The notes: generated by a model not told the origin, from the letters alone. Shown: positions 20,402-31,423, counted from the stretch's first letter. The stretch: 64,000 nucleotides of DNA from Candidatus Bathyarchaeota archaeon (GCA_963715865.1 OY970280.1:1216001-1280000), one strand, 5' to 3'. Numbers and translations: made by a program.

Positions 20402-22087
20402 TTATGAAACAGAGGCTTTAACTTGCAGGGCAACCCTTTTAGCAACATTTTCCGTTAACATTCCTATAAGTTGCCCGTTTTTAACCATGACAGCTCGCTT
20501 TATGCCCTTTTCCTCCATAAGCTTCATGGCTGTAATCATTGATTCGTTTCCTTGAAGAATTATAAGCGGCGTGTAGTTGAGGTCTTTTGCAAGTGTTTTC
20601 TTAGGGTCCTTGTGTTCTTCAACTATTTCCTTCAAAATGTCCCTGTCGTTTATTACCCCGACTGGCTTATGATGCTCAGTTATCAGAACTGAAGTAACAT
20701 TGTTTTGCAACATTTTGTCAACAAGTTTAGCCACTATTTCAGTTGTTGAAATCTCAACTATTGGAAGTTTAGTGCCCGCTTGGTTGCTGATTTCCGAGAT
20801 GTCGATTCCTCTCTTCCAAATATCATTAAGCATTTCGCTTACTCTTTCAATTTGGCTGGGATCACTGGAGTAGAAGGTGTCAGCCAAGTAAAAGGCAGAT
20901 TCAGTACCCAAATCGCTTAACGGCGGCATCTTAAACATGAACAGGTGCTTGTTATCAACAAGCATCATTGTTAGGTAGCTGATTGGCACATGCTTGACTT
21001 CATAACTAGTTGAAAGTTTTTGTGCTGGTTCAAGGTTGTCTAAGTCTATTGACGCCATTATTCGAACATTTAAGCCTTTTTTGAAGTATTTTATTAATGG
21101 GTCATCTTCAGCCAGACGGTTAATGCTTTGGGATGAAGTGATTATTACAATGTCTTTTTTTGCTGATTCAAGAATCTTAGTAACTTTGGACCAGGCTTCT
21201 TCAACGTCTTTAATGACAAGTGTTTCGCCTATTGGTATTCCACTCTTCAACTCCTCTATTCGCCTTGAAGCATCAACTCCGCTTTGCCACATTTGGAGGA
21301 AAAAAGCCTTCAGCACGGAAATGAACATTTTATCATTTATCCATAAACCTTCATCTTCCAAATTCAGCACGGATGCTTCATTGCCAAAAGGCGCATACAA
21401 GATGGCTTCTTCTTCATCCTTAATCAAAAAGCGCGGGAAAAATTTTGAACTCATAGCAACATGACGAAGTTTAATGTTTGATTTCTCTTCCGAAATATCC
21501 CTATCTATCCTTTCTGCAACCTTTAAGTTTTCATGGGAAATATCAGTTATAATTTGAAACGGTACATTCTGCTCTTGGGAAAAACTTTCGGCTGAATCAA
21601 AGATTCCCGCAATGTCTTCTTGAATGAAACCTAAAGCGGTTGTTAAAACTATAACTTCAGCTTCCGATTCCTCAATCATAGATAACATTTTAGCATGAAT
21701 CTTCTTCTTACCCGTAATTATGGAGAATTTAGCCAATGGATATTCTGATTCAGGAGCGCTTATAGATTGCCAAGCCGTTAAAAGAGTCGGTTTCTGTTCG
21801 CTTAGGTTGGCAACTTCATTCTTTTTAGAATTAATAAAAGAGTCCACTAACGCTTCAAAAGGAACAATCGTAAAACGTGTAGGTCTTTCCAAGGTTGCTT
21901 CAATAAAGCCTTTCTCCTGTAGTTTCTTGAATGTGCGGTATGCTTGAACACGTTCCATTTTAAGCCTTTTAGCTACAAAGCTAGTTGATTGGACGCCGCT
22001 TTTGGCAAGGAACAGGTAAACTTGAATTTCTCTTTTTGATAGACCGAGAATTTGCAGAAATCTTGTGACGTCCTTTTCACTCATCAA
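20402..22087 (-). CDS. TrmB-family regulator with two effector (PLD-like) domains and C-terminal CBS pair
   Basis: N-terminal LGLSKREIQVY...LQEKGFIEATLERPTRF HTH; two repeats starting 'ITGKKKIH' and 'IKDVEEAW'; CBS-like 'PVGVINDRDI' and 'LIGMLTE'. Confidence 0.85.
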   Translation of the reverse strand: MMSEKDVTRFLQILGLSKREIQVYLFLAKSGVQSTSFVAKRLKMERVQAYRTFKKLQEKGFIEATLERPTRFTIVPFEALVDSFINSKKNEVANLSEQKPTLLTAWQSISAPESEYPLAKFSIITGKKKIHAKMLSMIEESEAEVIVLTTALGFIQEDIAGIFDSAESFSQEQNVPFQIITDISHENLKVAERIDRDISEEKSNIKLRHVAMSSKFFPRFLIKDEEEAILYAPFGNEASVLNLEDEGLWINDKMFISVLKAFFLQMWQSGVDASRRIEELKSGIPIGETLVIKDVEEAWSKVTKILESAKKDIVIITSSQSINRLAEDDPLIKYFKKGLNVRIMASIDLDNLEPAQKLSTSYEVKHVPISYLTMMLVDNKHLFMFKMPPLSDLGTESAFYLADTFYSSDPSQIERVSEMLNDIWKRGIDISEISNQAGTKLPIVEISTTEIVAKLVDKMLQNNVTSVLITEHHKPVGVINDRDILKEIVEEHKDPKKTLAKDLNYTPLIILQGNESMITAMKLMEEKGIKRAVMVKNGQLIGMLTENVAKRVALQVKASVS

Positions 22088-22221
22088 ATAACCGCCGTAT
22101 AAAACCCGCTGTTCCTGATAATTAAAGAGGTAGCCGACATTTATATAACTAATGCTGGATTGTAGACTTTTTGAAAAGATATTTGACTACAACTAAAGAC
22201 ATCTTTATGTTTAAAGGATAG

Positions 22222-22902
22222 TTAAGCAAGCTTCTTTTGCAACGTCCCTCTCTCATTTTTTGCTCTTTTTGCAGGCTTCCACGATTTTCTAACAAAACTT
22301 GGATACTCCCCATTTTTTTCCAATAATCGCTTCAGGAAAATCATTGTTTTCTGGTCAGTTAAGTATCCGCTGCCAAAGTCGCCGTATTCCAGTTTTAAAC
22401 TTGCGATTTCTCTGTCCCGTTCCACCTTGGCTATGATGGATGCGGCTGAAACAACTGGAAAAATCTTGTCTGCCTTATGTTTAGAAATGATTCTGGTTTT
22501 GATTTTGAGGCATTCTTGAATGTGATTTCTGAATCGATATTCAACCGTGTCTGCTGCGTCAACGTAGACTTCGTCGGGCTTTAAGGCTTCAATTACCTGT
22601 GCCATTGCCTGCGCCTCAAGCCTGTTTAGTTTATGCAGTTTTCTGGCGCTTTCAACTACTTTGTCAATTTGATACGGAAGAATCTTTATTGTCTGGTATT
22701 TTTCGGTTAAGCGTATAATTTCAGGATACAACTCTTCACGCTTCTTGGGTGACAGGAGCTTTGAGTCTTTCACTCCTAACTCGCTGAGCAAAGGCAAAGT
22801 CTCGACTTTCACCGCGATGCCGGCGACTACTAGGGGACCAATAACGCATCCGCGACCAGCTTCGTCTACACCAGCAATCAACATTTTATTCAACTGCACC
22901 AT
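22222..22902 (-). CDS. rnhB: Ribonuclease HII
   Basis: AGVDEAGRG, VKDSK, VDA, HKAD, ASIIAK, FGSGY. Confidence 0.96.
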   Translation of the reverse strand: MVQLNKMLIAGVDEAGRGCVIGPLVVAGIAVKVETLPLLSELGVKDSKLLSPKKREELYPEIIRLTEKYQTIKILPYQIDKVVESARKLHKLNRLEAQAMAQVIEALKPDEVYVDAADTVEYRFRNHIQECLKIKTRIISKHKADKIFPVVSAASIIAKVERDREIASLKLEYGDFGSGYLTDQKTMIFLKRLLEKNGEYPSFVRKSWKPAKRAKNERGTLQKKLA

Positions 22903-23003
22903 TAATTATGAATGGCTTTAGTATACTAAGCTATAATGCTTTTCCAAAAACTACTGTCACAAAGAAAACAAAAGCCAAGTGCAGTTTGATTTGAACGTTG
23001 AAA

Positions 23004-23729
23004 TCAGATTTTTTGAGCTACTATCATTGCATGCGCCTTGTCAAAAGGCTCCAAGCGTACAACCTCTTTAACGTCAAAACCCCTGTTCCTCAAAACTTTG
23101 GCTTCCTGCTGGTAAACCGCGTTTGGATCCATCGTCACGTCGATGCTTTGCGCTTTCACAGCCAGCATCACCCAACCATTTGGTTTCAGGAACACGTCTG
23201 CGTTGTCAGCTAACAGTTTAGCTTGTTCCGGCTGCGCAACATCACAATAAATCGAGTCCACCTTGCCTGAGATGAACATAGCGTATTTTTCTGGCATGCG
23301 TGCGTCCTCAAGAAGCGGGGAAATGTTAGGTCGATAAGCAGCAACATTGTTAACTAAATCTCGAATTGACCTTGAAGCGAATTCGACACAGTAAACGTGC
23401 CCACTTTCGCCAACAATGTCTGAAACGTGGCTTGCCGTGGTTCCTGAGGCTGCACCTAAATAAAGAACTTTGTTTCCAGGTTCTATGGGGACAACTTGTA
23501 CGCCTTTTATGATGGCTGCTGCTAGTTTGCTTCTGAAAGCGTCCCAAACACGGTACTCAACGCTTTTAAAACGGATAAGCCGTTCACCGTAAACGGTCAA
23601 GCCAGGGGTTAGGTTGCGTGTGGCTAACCGTTGTGCGCCATCTTCAAGCGTGGCTTGGAAGATTTCTTTAAACTGTGGATGCGGTTTAACCTTGACGTGC
23701 ACGCCTGTCTCTTCTCCAATTCTGACCAC
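23004..23729 (-). CDS. flpA: Fibrillarin-like rRNA/tRNA 2'-O-methyltransferase
   Basis: YGER, RSKLAAA, VLYLGAASGTT, DVAQP; true start may be the GTG at 23702. Confidence 0.96.
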   Translation of the reverse strand: MVRIGEETGVHVKVKPHPQFKEIFQATLEDGAQRLATRNLTPGLTVYGERLIRFKSVEYRVWDAFRSKLAAAIIKGVQVVPIEPGNKVLYLGAASGTTASHVSDIVGESGHVYCVEFASRSIRDLVNNVAAYRPNISPLLEDARMPEKYAMFISGKVDSIYCDVAQPEQAKLLADNADVFLKPNGWVMLAVKAQSIDVTMDPNAVYQQEAKVLRNRGFDVKEVVRLEPFDKAHAMIVAQKI

Positions 23730-25014
23730 CTTGGCGCTTTCTGCCTCGGTCGCGTTCTCTAAATGGCTGCTCTTGTCTTTCTGGTCTTTGTTCTCTGCGT
23801 TCGAATCCCGGTTTGTTTTCTTTTGGTGGCGGCGGCTCCTTGTATTTCTCGCGTATTTCTTCTAGTCGCTTGTTTATGTCCGCTTTTAATCGGTCTCCGA
23901 TGTAGTGGCCTCCGAAGGCGTCAACTCTAGCGGCGATGGCTAGTTTTCCAGCGATAACTCTTGCGATTTTTCCTCTCTGCCACCTTTTCGCATCATGCAA
24001 CAGTGTGTGCTGGAAGATTAAGCCGTGTTTTGGCGGTCTAGCGCCTGTTTTCAAGGAGCGGAACAGGGCTTTTTCTGCACCTAAAACTTGAATTGTGCTT
24101 GCTGGTCTCATAGCCAAGTTTTGCAGGCTGCCAGCGATGGCTATTAAGCGTGCGCCAAGAAGTGCTCCTGCAACTGCTCGTACGTTAGGCGCCATTTCCT
24201 CCATGGTTCTGTCAAGGTAGTTCTCCATGTTCTTGCGCAGTTCATAGAATTCAAGCACGTTTTTGGCTAAGGCTTGTATCTGCTCTAAGTCTGGTCCCGC
24301 GATGTCTGCGCCCATGGATGATTCAGCGGCTTTCGCAACTAATCCTGCTCTTTCTTTGGGAATATTTTCCTTTTCCAAGGCTTCTGCTGTGTAGTTTTCT
24401 CTGTAGCCTAAGTTCATGACGAGCCGAGCATAAGTTTCATGTTTTTCAATTAAGCGGTCAAGCTCAGGGAAGTACACGCCGTACCATTCTCTTAATCTGC
24501 CCATGAAGAGGTTAACTGTGCGGTCTAAGTCATCAAGCGTCTGGATGCCTTGAGCGATGATTAAGTCTCTTTTTTCCGAGGCACCTTTTATTCTTAATTT
24601 GGCAAGTTCCAAGCTGACGTTGCGGTTCCATAGGCTAAGTTCCTGCTCATCTTTAACAAAGCCTGATTCAAGTGCAACTTCATTCATGCGTGAGCGGAGA
24701 ACTTCAGCTTCGGCAAGTTTTGCCACTTCTACGGTAACGTTCATTTTTCGTTGAACTTCTTCTGCCAGGTTGGCGTTTTCAAAAACAAAAGTGTCAAAAC
24801 CCGCGTTTTTAAGAAGAGAAATCAAGGAAAAAACTTCATCTGAGAGCTTTCCTGTTTCGGTTTTCAGCAGGCTTCTTGCGACTGCCTGTGGTTTTTTTGG
24901 AAACAGAACCCTCTCTGCTAAGCCTTTTTTGTCGTCGAAAGCTGCAACTCCGAATGGAAATTGAATTATGAATGCTTTCATGTTTCTGAGCCCCAATAAA
25001 CTAAGTATTGTCAA
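23686..25014 (-). CDS. nop5: C/D box RNP protein Nop5 (Nop56/58)
   Basis: LREWYGVYFPEL, IQVLGAEKALF, PPKHGLIFQH. Confidence 0.96.
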   Translation of the reverse strand: MTILSLLGLRNMKAFIIQFPFGVAAFDDKKGLAERVLFPKKPQAVARSLLKTETGKLSDEVFSLISLLKNAGFDTFVFENANLAEEVQRKMNVTVEVAKLAEAEVLRSRMNEVALESGFVKDEQELSLWNRNVSLELAKLRIKGASEKRDLIIAQGIQTLDDLDRTVNLFMGRLREWYGVYFPELDRLIEKHETYARLVMNLGYRENYTAEALEKENIPKERAGLVAKAAESSMGADIAGPDLEQIQALAKNVLEFYELRKNMENYLDRTMEEMAPNVRAVAGALLGARLIAIAGSLQNLAMRPASTIQVLGAEKALFRSLKTGARPPKHGLIFQHTLLHDAKRWQRGKIARVIAGKLAIAARVDAFGGHYIGDRLKADINKRLEEIREKYKEPPPPKENKPGFERREQRPERQEQPFRERDRGRKRQGGQNWRRDRRARQG

Positions 25015-25085
25015 CGTTCTAACTTAATAAACAGTTTTATTACCCTACGCAGTAAGAACCGTATTTTTACGTTAAAGGATTAAGC

Positions 25086-26288
25086 TTAGAGGTTTTCGAG
25101 TGGTAATTCAATTGTGAATTTTGTTCCTTTATCCTTTTCACTTTCAAAAGTTATTGAGCCGTGAAGTGTTTCAATAAACCGTTTAACTACAGCTAAGCCT
25201 AGGCCTTGCCCTTTAGCTTTTGTGGTAAATAATGGTGTAAAGAGTTTAGGCTTAATTTCTTCAGGGATGCCCATACCGGTGTCTGATACTTCTATGAGTG
25301 CTTTGTTTTCTTTTTTATTAGCTGTTATTTTTAGCGTACCACCGTTAGGCATAGCTTGCAGGGCGTTATTGATTAAATTTGTTAATGCACGTCTAAGCAA
25401 TGTTGGATCGGTGCGTATTTTTGGAAGAGCCTTAATGTCTATTTTTAGCACTGTTTTTTCTGGAATCCTTACTGTTTTAAAAATGCTAGCAATCAATTTT
25501 ATAAAATCTGTTTCTGAATATTCTGGTTTTAGCGGTCTAGCGTAGTCCTGCAGGTCGGATACTATTTTGCTTATGTAATCTGTTTGTTCTTCAATTATGT
25601 TTATGCTCTCTAACGTTTGCGTTTTATCTTCTAGGTAGGGAGTGTTGGCAATTGCTTCTTTCGCTAAGTATAATTCGCTTACAATTGCTTGCAAGGGATT
25701 GCGTATATCATGTCCAATCATGCCAGCAGTCTGGCCAATGGCGGCTAGGCGGTCTGTATCCTTGCGCTCTGTAACATGCTGAAAAATCCGCCAGCGATAT
25801 GAGTGAAGCTGTAAAGAGCTTAACGGGGCAACAACGTTTGCAAATATTAAGCTGAAAAGCGCTGTAAAAAGCGCTGGCGCCTCAAATGATTTAAAACTTA
25901 GCATAATTATTAGAACTCCACCAATAGTAAAAACTAACGACGGCAATGCTTGGTAAATAAATCGAGTTGGGATAACAAGATAGAAAACAAAAACAGCCAT
26001 GTCAATAATGATTATATGTGGAAGGAAATTTTGAGGGCGTGTGGAATCCACAAGTAATATTCCTACAACAAGGGTAAGCAAATAAATGAACGTTGATGTA
26101 TCATACGAGCGGTAATTTTTAACTTGACGGATATATCTAATCTGGTAAGCGGAATAAAATATTAACCCAAGCCTTAAGGCTGCAAGAGCATAGAATGTTG
26201 ATGATAAGCCAAAAAACATGTAATCGCTAATGGCGAAGAGCGCTACAGTTAACGCAAGGAGTACTATAACCATTCTAGTTTGAGACAC
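25086..26288 (-). CDS. Membrane sensor histidine kinase (orphan in this window)
   Basis: H-box GHDIRNPL, N-box NLINNA, G1 DTGMGI, G2 GQGLGL; N-terminal TM region; start uncertain (frame is open up to 26456). Confidence 0.9.
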   Translation of the reverse strand: MSQTRMVIVLLALTVALFAISDYMFFGLSSTFYALAALRLGLIFYSAYQIRYIRQVKNYRSYDTSTFIYLLTLVVGILLVDSTRPQNFLPHIIIIDMAVFVFYLVIPTRFIYQALPSLVFTIGGVLIIMLSFKSFEAPALFTALFSLIFANVVAPLSSLQLHSYRWRIFQHVTERKDTDRLAAIGQTAGMIGHDIRNPLQAIVSELYLAKEAIANTPYLEDKTQTLESINIIEEQTDYISKIVSDLQDYARPLKPEYSETDFIKLIASIFKTVRIPEKTVLKIDIKALPKIRTDPTLLRRALTNLINNALQAMPNGGTLKITANKKENKALIEVSDTGMGIPEEIKPKLFTPLFTTKAKGQGLGLAVVKRFIETLHGSITFESEKDKGTKFTIELPLENL

Positions 26289-26768
26289 ATCGGAAGCAAG
26301 AAAAAAATCTCTATATTCATCGTTAGTCTCATAAGAAGTTCTCTGAAAAGCACCCTTTATTTTCTTAGTAACTTCTCCTATCGCGTGAGAAATCCAATCT
26401 GTTTTGTTTGTAATATTTTTCGCTCCTTGCTGAATGCCTTCCTTTCCTTTACTATTTTAGGACTGGGTCGAGCGCGCAAAATTACATTGCCCTAAAAATG
26501 TTAAGTTCAAAACAAAAGAGTACATGACTTATTAAGAATTAAACTTTTTTACCAATAACAAAGCAAAGTTTTCTTTTCACTTTTTTGCTTTTACCATTTA
26601 AAATTAAATGTTTACTTATTGTGCTGTATTAGTGATATATGGGTAAGCGTACACTTTCCTTACTAGTTGGTTTTTTAGAGTTTCTATAAATAAAGCCTTA
26701 GTTAAGTTTAAACTCTGCGTTGAATAATAGGTAGAGCACCAATCTGGGAGCGCAGGGGAAAAGGGTTT

Positions 26769-28985
26769 ATGGTTAATTCGCCACCGCATCGTGCACGAGG
26801 CGTAAAAGTACTCAAAGCCGTTTCTTCACCTCTCAGACTACAAATCCTAAATTTACTATTCGATAAAAGCGCTCTATCTTACACTGAATTAATGAACCAA
26901 CTAAAAATGAACCCAAGCAGAGACGCGGGCAGATTTGCCTACCACCTAAAATTCATGCTAAAAGCAGACTTGGTTGAGGCAGATGTTGAAGCAAAAAAAT
27001 ACTACTTAACTGACATGGGCAAAATGGTCCTTGACGTAGCCGACCGCATCGAAAAGAAAGCTGTTAAACCAAGAGGAATGCTTGTCCGCACATCCCATTT
27101 AACACTGGAAGAATTCGACGCAAACAAAATAGCAAATTCACTCATAAAAGAAGCCAAAGTTCCAGCAGAACTAGCACAGAAAGCGGCTAAAGAAGCTGAA
27201 AAACGCCTAATCAAATCAAAAACAAAATACCTCACAGCCTCCCTAATCAGGGAAGTAGTGAATGGCATTTTGGTTGAGAAGGGTTATGAAGATTACCGCC
27301 ATAAACTTACAAGAGTCGGAATGCCCGTACACGAGGTAACCGCTTCATTAGAAGCAAAAGACACAGCCGAAGACTCAGCAGCCATACTTACAAGAGCAGG
27401 CCAAACCGTCCTAGGCGAGTACACGTTGCTTAACATTTTCCCAAGAGACATAGCTGATGCTCACCTCTCAGGAGCTATCCACATTGATGGGTTAGGCACA
27501 TGGATTTTAAAACCAAACGAGGTCATCCATGACCTAAGGTTTTTCTTCCAAAACGGCCTCAAACTTGACAATCCGCTCCAAATTTCAATGGAACCGCCGA
27601 GCAGCTTTGAATCGGCGTTGGCAATTACCTTCAACGTTCTCTTGCATGCCAGCAAAGAAACAAACCGAATGCAAACCTGCAATTACTTCAACGTTTTTCT
27701 CGCTCCCTTTGCAAAAGGCGCTGAAACGGCAAGAACAAAGGAAAACTTACGCTTGTTCATACTAAACTTGAACCAGCATGCTGAAGCTACTTTGGGGCTT
27801 GAGCTTTCAATTCCAAAATTAACCGCGGAAAAAGAAGCCATTGGTCCTCAAGGAAAAATAAATGGCAAGTACGGCGACTTCGCCCAAGAAAGCCAACTGC
27901 TCGCATCACTTATCATTGATGTCTTTACGGAAGAGAGTACCCATAAACCACTGCTAAACCCAAAACTAGTCATAAAAATTAACAATACTGTTTTAGCTGA
28001 CGAAAACGCTAAAGCGGTTCTCCTCAAAGCCCAGCGTCTCGCGGCTGAAGGAGGAACCCCATACTTTGCTAACATGACAAAGAAGGAAGGCGAACAAGTG
28101 GCTTTTTCCGCTTCCGGAGTTAAACTTGCGCCGGACTTAACTGGAGACTGGGAAACCGACACCCTGAGGACAGGTTGTCTTGGTTTTGTAACAATTAATT
28201 TGCCAAGAATTGTTCAAGAGAGTGAGAAGGACAAAAACAAGTTTTTCGATTTGGTAAGGGAACGTTTTGAACTTGCTGCCCGCGCCTTAGGAATAAAAAA
28301 TAATGCTCTCAAGCAATTTGGGAAAAACGTGTTGCCGTTCCTGATGAAAAAAGCCAACGGGGACTTTTATTTCAGGCTAGAAAACTGCTCGCGGATAATT
28401 AATTTGGCTGGTTTCCGAGAAGCCGTGGAGGCTTTCACTGAAAAAGACATTAACTCAGAGGAAAGCCGCAAGTTTGCCGAGGAAATCATTCAGAATATTT
28501 TGGCTTTCAAGCAGAAGGTCGGCAGGAAACATGGAAAACGCTTGTACCCTGTTATACTTAGCAGTTCCGAAGCATCTGAAAGGCTCGCTCAATTGGATAT
28601 TGAGAAATATGGTGTAGCCAAAGTGAAGTTTTCGGGAACAAGAGAAAAGCCCTTTTACTCAACCGCTAAAAGATTCCAAGTTAAAGCTGGCGAAACCCTG
28701 TCTATACCGCCTGAAACGTTAGAGACGGCGCAAAAAATGAAAGGGTTGAACGCCGGCGGAACCTTAGAAATCATAGAGTTGGAAGACGCTGAATTTAAGC
28801 CGGAAGCGCTAATGGATTTGACCAGGCGCTTAATTGAAAATCAATCCTTGGAATTCTTCACTTACAACCGGATAATTAGTTTCTGTGAAAACTGCAAAAA
28901 AAGCTGGTTCGGAACCTTGCATAAATGCCCATCCTGCGGCTCCATGAGCACACTGGCAACGTTTGACAGGTTCGCCTCAACTTGA
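26769..28985 (+). CDS. wHTH (ArsR-like) + ATP-cone + class III ribonucleotide reductase (NrdD)-like core, apparently catalytically dead
   Basis: HTH about aa 10-95; ATP-cone about aa 103-170; NrdD-like IADAHLSGAIHI, TPYFAN, VTINLPRI, CENC..CPSCGS; protein ends RFAST with no RxxGY motif. Confidence 0.85.
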   Translation: MVNSPPHRARGVKVLKAVSSPLRLQILNLLFDKSALSYTELMNQLKMNPSRDAGRFAYHLKFMLKADLVEADVEAKKYYLTDMGKMVLDVADRIEKKAVKPRGMLVRTSHLTLEEFDANKIANSLIKEAKVPAELAQKAAKEAEKRLIKSKTKYLTASLIREVVNGILVEKGYEDYRHKLTRVGMPVHEVTASLEAKDTAEDSAAILTRAGQTVLGEYTLLNIFPRDIADAHLSGAIHIDGLGTWILKPNEVIHDLRFFFQNGLKLDNPLQISMEPPSSFESALAITFNVLLHASKETNRMQTCNYFNVFLAPFAKGAETARTKENLRLFILNLNQHAEATLGLELSIPKLTAEKEAIGPQGKINGKYGDFAQESQLLASLIIDVFTEESTHKPLLNPKLVIKINNTVLADENAKAVLLKAQRLAAEGGTPYFANMTKKEGEQVAFSASGVKLAPDLTGDWETDTLRTGCLGFVTINLPRIVQESEKDKNKFFDLVRERFELAARALGIKNNALKQFGKNVLPFLMKKANGDFYFRLENCSRIINLAGFREAVEAFTEKDINSEESRKFAEEIIQNILAFKQKVGRKHGKRLYPVILSSSEASERLAQLDIEKYGVAKVKFSGTREKPFYSTAKRFQVKAGETLSIPPETLETAQKMKGLNAGGTLEIIELEDAEFKPEALMDLTRRLIENQSLEFFTYNRIISFCENCKKSWFGTLHKCPSCGSMSTLATFDRFAST

Positions 28986-28989
28986 AATC

Positions 28990-29919
<930 letters not shown>

Positions 29920-30101
29920 CTAAAAACAAGAAAGCCGTTAACTGCTAAATAACACTTTGTATGCCGAAAGCACGCTTTTTTCCCTTGCATGTTAGTGCTT
30001 ATATGCTTTTGTTGTTGCTTAGCGACTGTAACACACTTTTAATAATGAGACTTGAGTAATAATATTTCAATTCAGGTTAGCAACTTTGAAGGCGTTTTTT
30101 A

Positions 30102-30299
30102 TTGGAAGCAATTTTAAAACAACTTTCCAAACGAGAAAGCCCTAAAGAAATTGTTAATTCACGTGAATACATGCCGCGAGTGTATGAAGTTCGGGCACCG
30201 TGTCAGTGGCTTAAACATTGTTATGATGGCAAATGTCCAGCATTCGTAAGGCTTAACGGAAACTTTTACTGCGCGCGTGCCAAACAAAACCATAGCTAA
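30102..30299 (+). CDS. Small Cys-rich hypothetical protein
   Basis: 65 aa, four Cys (CQWLKHCYDGKC...YC); fills an otherwise empty intergenic gap. Confidence 0.45.
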   Translation: MEAILKQLSKRESPKEIVNSREYMPRVYEVRAPCQWLKHCYDGKCPAFVRLNGNFYCARAKQNHS

Positions 30300-30374
30300 A
30301 ACACTGCTTTCATTGAAAACTATTAACTGCAGTTTTATCCGTAACCGGCTAAAATGTAACTAATTTGAATAGCA

Positions 30375-31286
30375 TCAGCTCTTCAACGCTGCTATTGCTT
30401 CTTTAACTACGGCAACTGACTTTCCAAAGCGCTCTCTTGTTTGATCTGATAATTCTAGCTCAATTATTTTTTCAACCCCGTATTTTCCAAGTACCACTGG
30501 CACGCCAATTGAAACGTTTGAAAATCCGTATTCACCATCAAGGCATGTGGATACGCTCATAACTCGATTTCTTCCCGTTAGAATTGCATCGGCAGTTATG
30601 GCGATTACAACGGCAGGAGCATAAACCGTTGAGCCTTTCAATTGAATAACATCTAAACCTGATGTTACCGTTAAATGCACTATTTTTTCAATCTGCTCTT
30701 TAGTAAGTAAGTTTGTTATTGGAATGCCTGAAACAGAGGCGTATTCAACCAGTGGAACCATAGAATCGCCATGTTCACCGATCACCAAAGCACGCGTATC
30801 TTCTCTTGAAACGTTCAATTCATTAGCGATGTATGTTCTAAAGCGCATTGTATCGAGGATGTTGCCCATGCCGAATAAGCGGCTGCGTGGAAAACCTGAT
30901 TCTTGGAAGGCAACGTAAGTCATTATGTCAACGGGGTTTGTTACAATCATAAGCTTGCAGTCTGGGGCGTATTTGACGACTTCTTTTACGACGGATTTGA
31001 CGATTTGCGCATTAGTATTCATGAGGTCAATACGAGTCATGTCTGGTCTTCTTCCCAAACCAGCGATAACGATTACCAATTCGGACCCGCGCATTTCTTT
31101 AAAGTCGCTGGTTCCGCGGATATTGCCATCAAATTCGATGGCTGGTGCAGCCTGCATCATGTCAAGGGCTTCGCCTTTTGCTTGGTTTTCATTTAGGTCA
31201 ATTAACACTACGTCGCTTATTTTATAGCGTAGAATATCGAAGGCGGCTGCGCTTCCTACTTTGCCAGCGCCAATTATAGCTATCAT
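30375..31286 (-). CDS. mdh: Malate dehydrogenase (LDH-like)
   Basis: GAGKVG, RRPDMTRIDL, TNPVD, LDTMR, GEHGD. Confidence 0.92.
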   Translation of the reverse strand: MIAIIGAGKVGSAAAFDILRYKISDVVLIDLNENQAKGEALDMMQAAPAIEFDGNIRGTSDFKEMRGSELVIVIAGLGRRPDMTRIDLMNTNAQIVKSVVKEVVKYAPDCKLMIVTNPVDIMTYVAFQESGFPRSRLFGMGNILDTMRFRTYIANELNVSREDTRALVIGEHGDSMVPLVEYASVSGIPITNLLTKEQIEKIVHLTVTSGLDVIQLKGSTVYAPAVVIAITADAILTGRNRVMSVSTCLDGEYGFSNVSIGVPVVLGKYGVEKIIELELSDQTRERFGKSVAVVKEAIAALKS

Positions 31287-31423
31287 GGGTAATTACCTAC
31301 TATTTGATACATAATTGATATACGCTCTTTTCAATTTTAACAAGACCTATTCACCGAATACATTAGATCTTAATATGTACTCGGTAATTAAAAAAGAAAC
31401 AATTTTGATGCAAAGTTCTTACA

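Noticed and set aside
26677-26716. AGAGTTT-N26-AAACTCT flanking a TATA-like stretch upstream of the NrdD-like gene
   Set aside because: 7-bp arms with a long spacer in AT-rich DNA can arise by chance; no second copy seen. No bacterial NrdR box was recognised either.
26769-28985. Calling this gene a normal anaerobic ribonucleotide reductase (nrdD)
   Set aside because: The glycyl-radical Gly and both catalytic Cys positions are not present.
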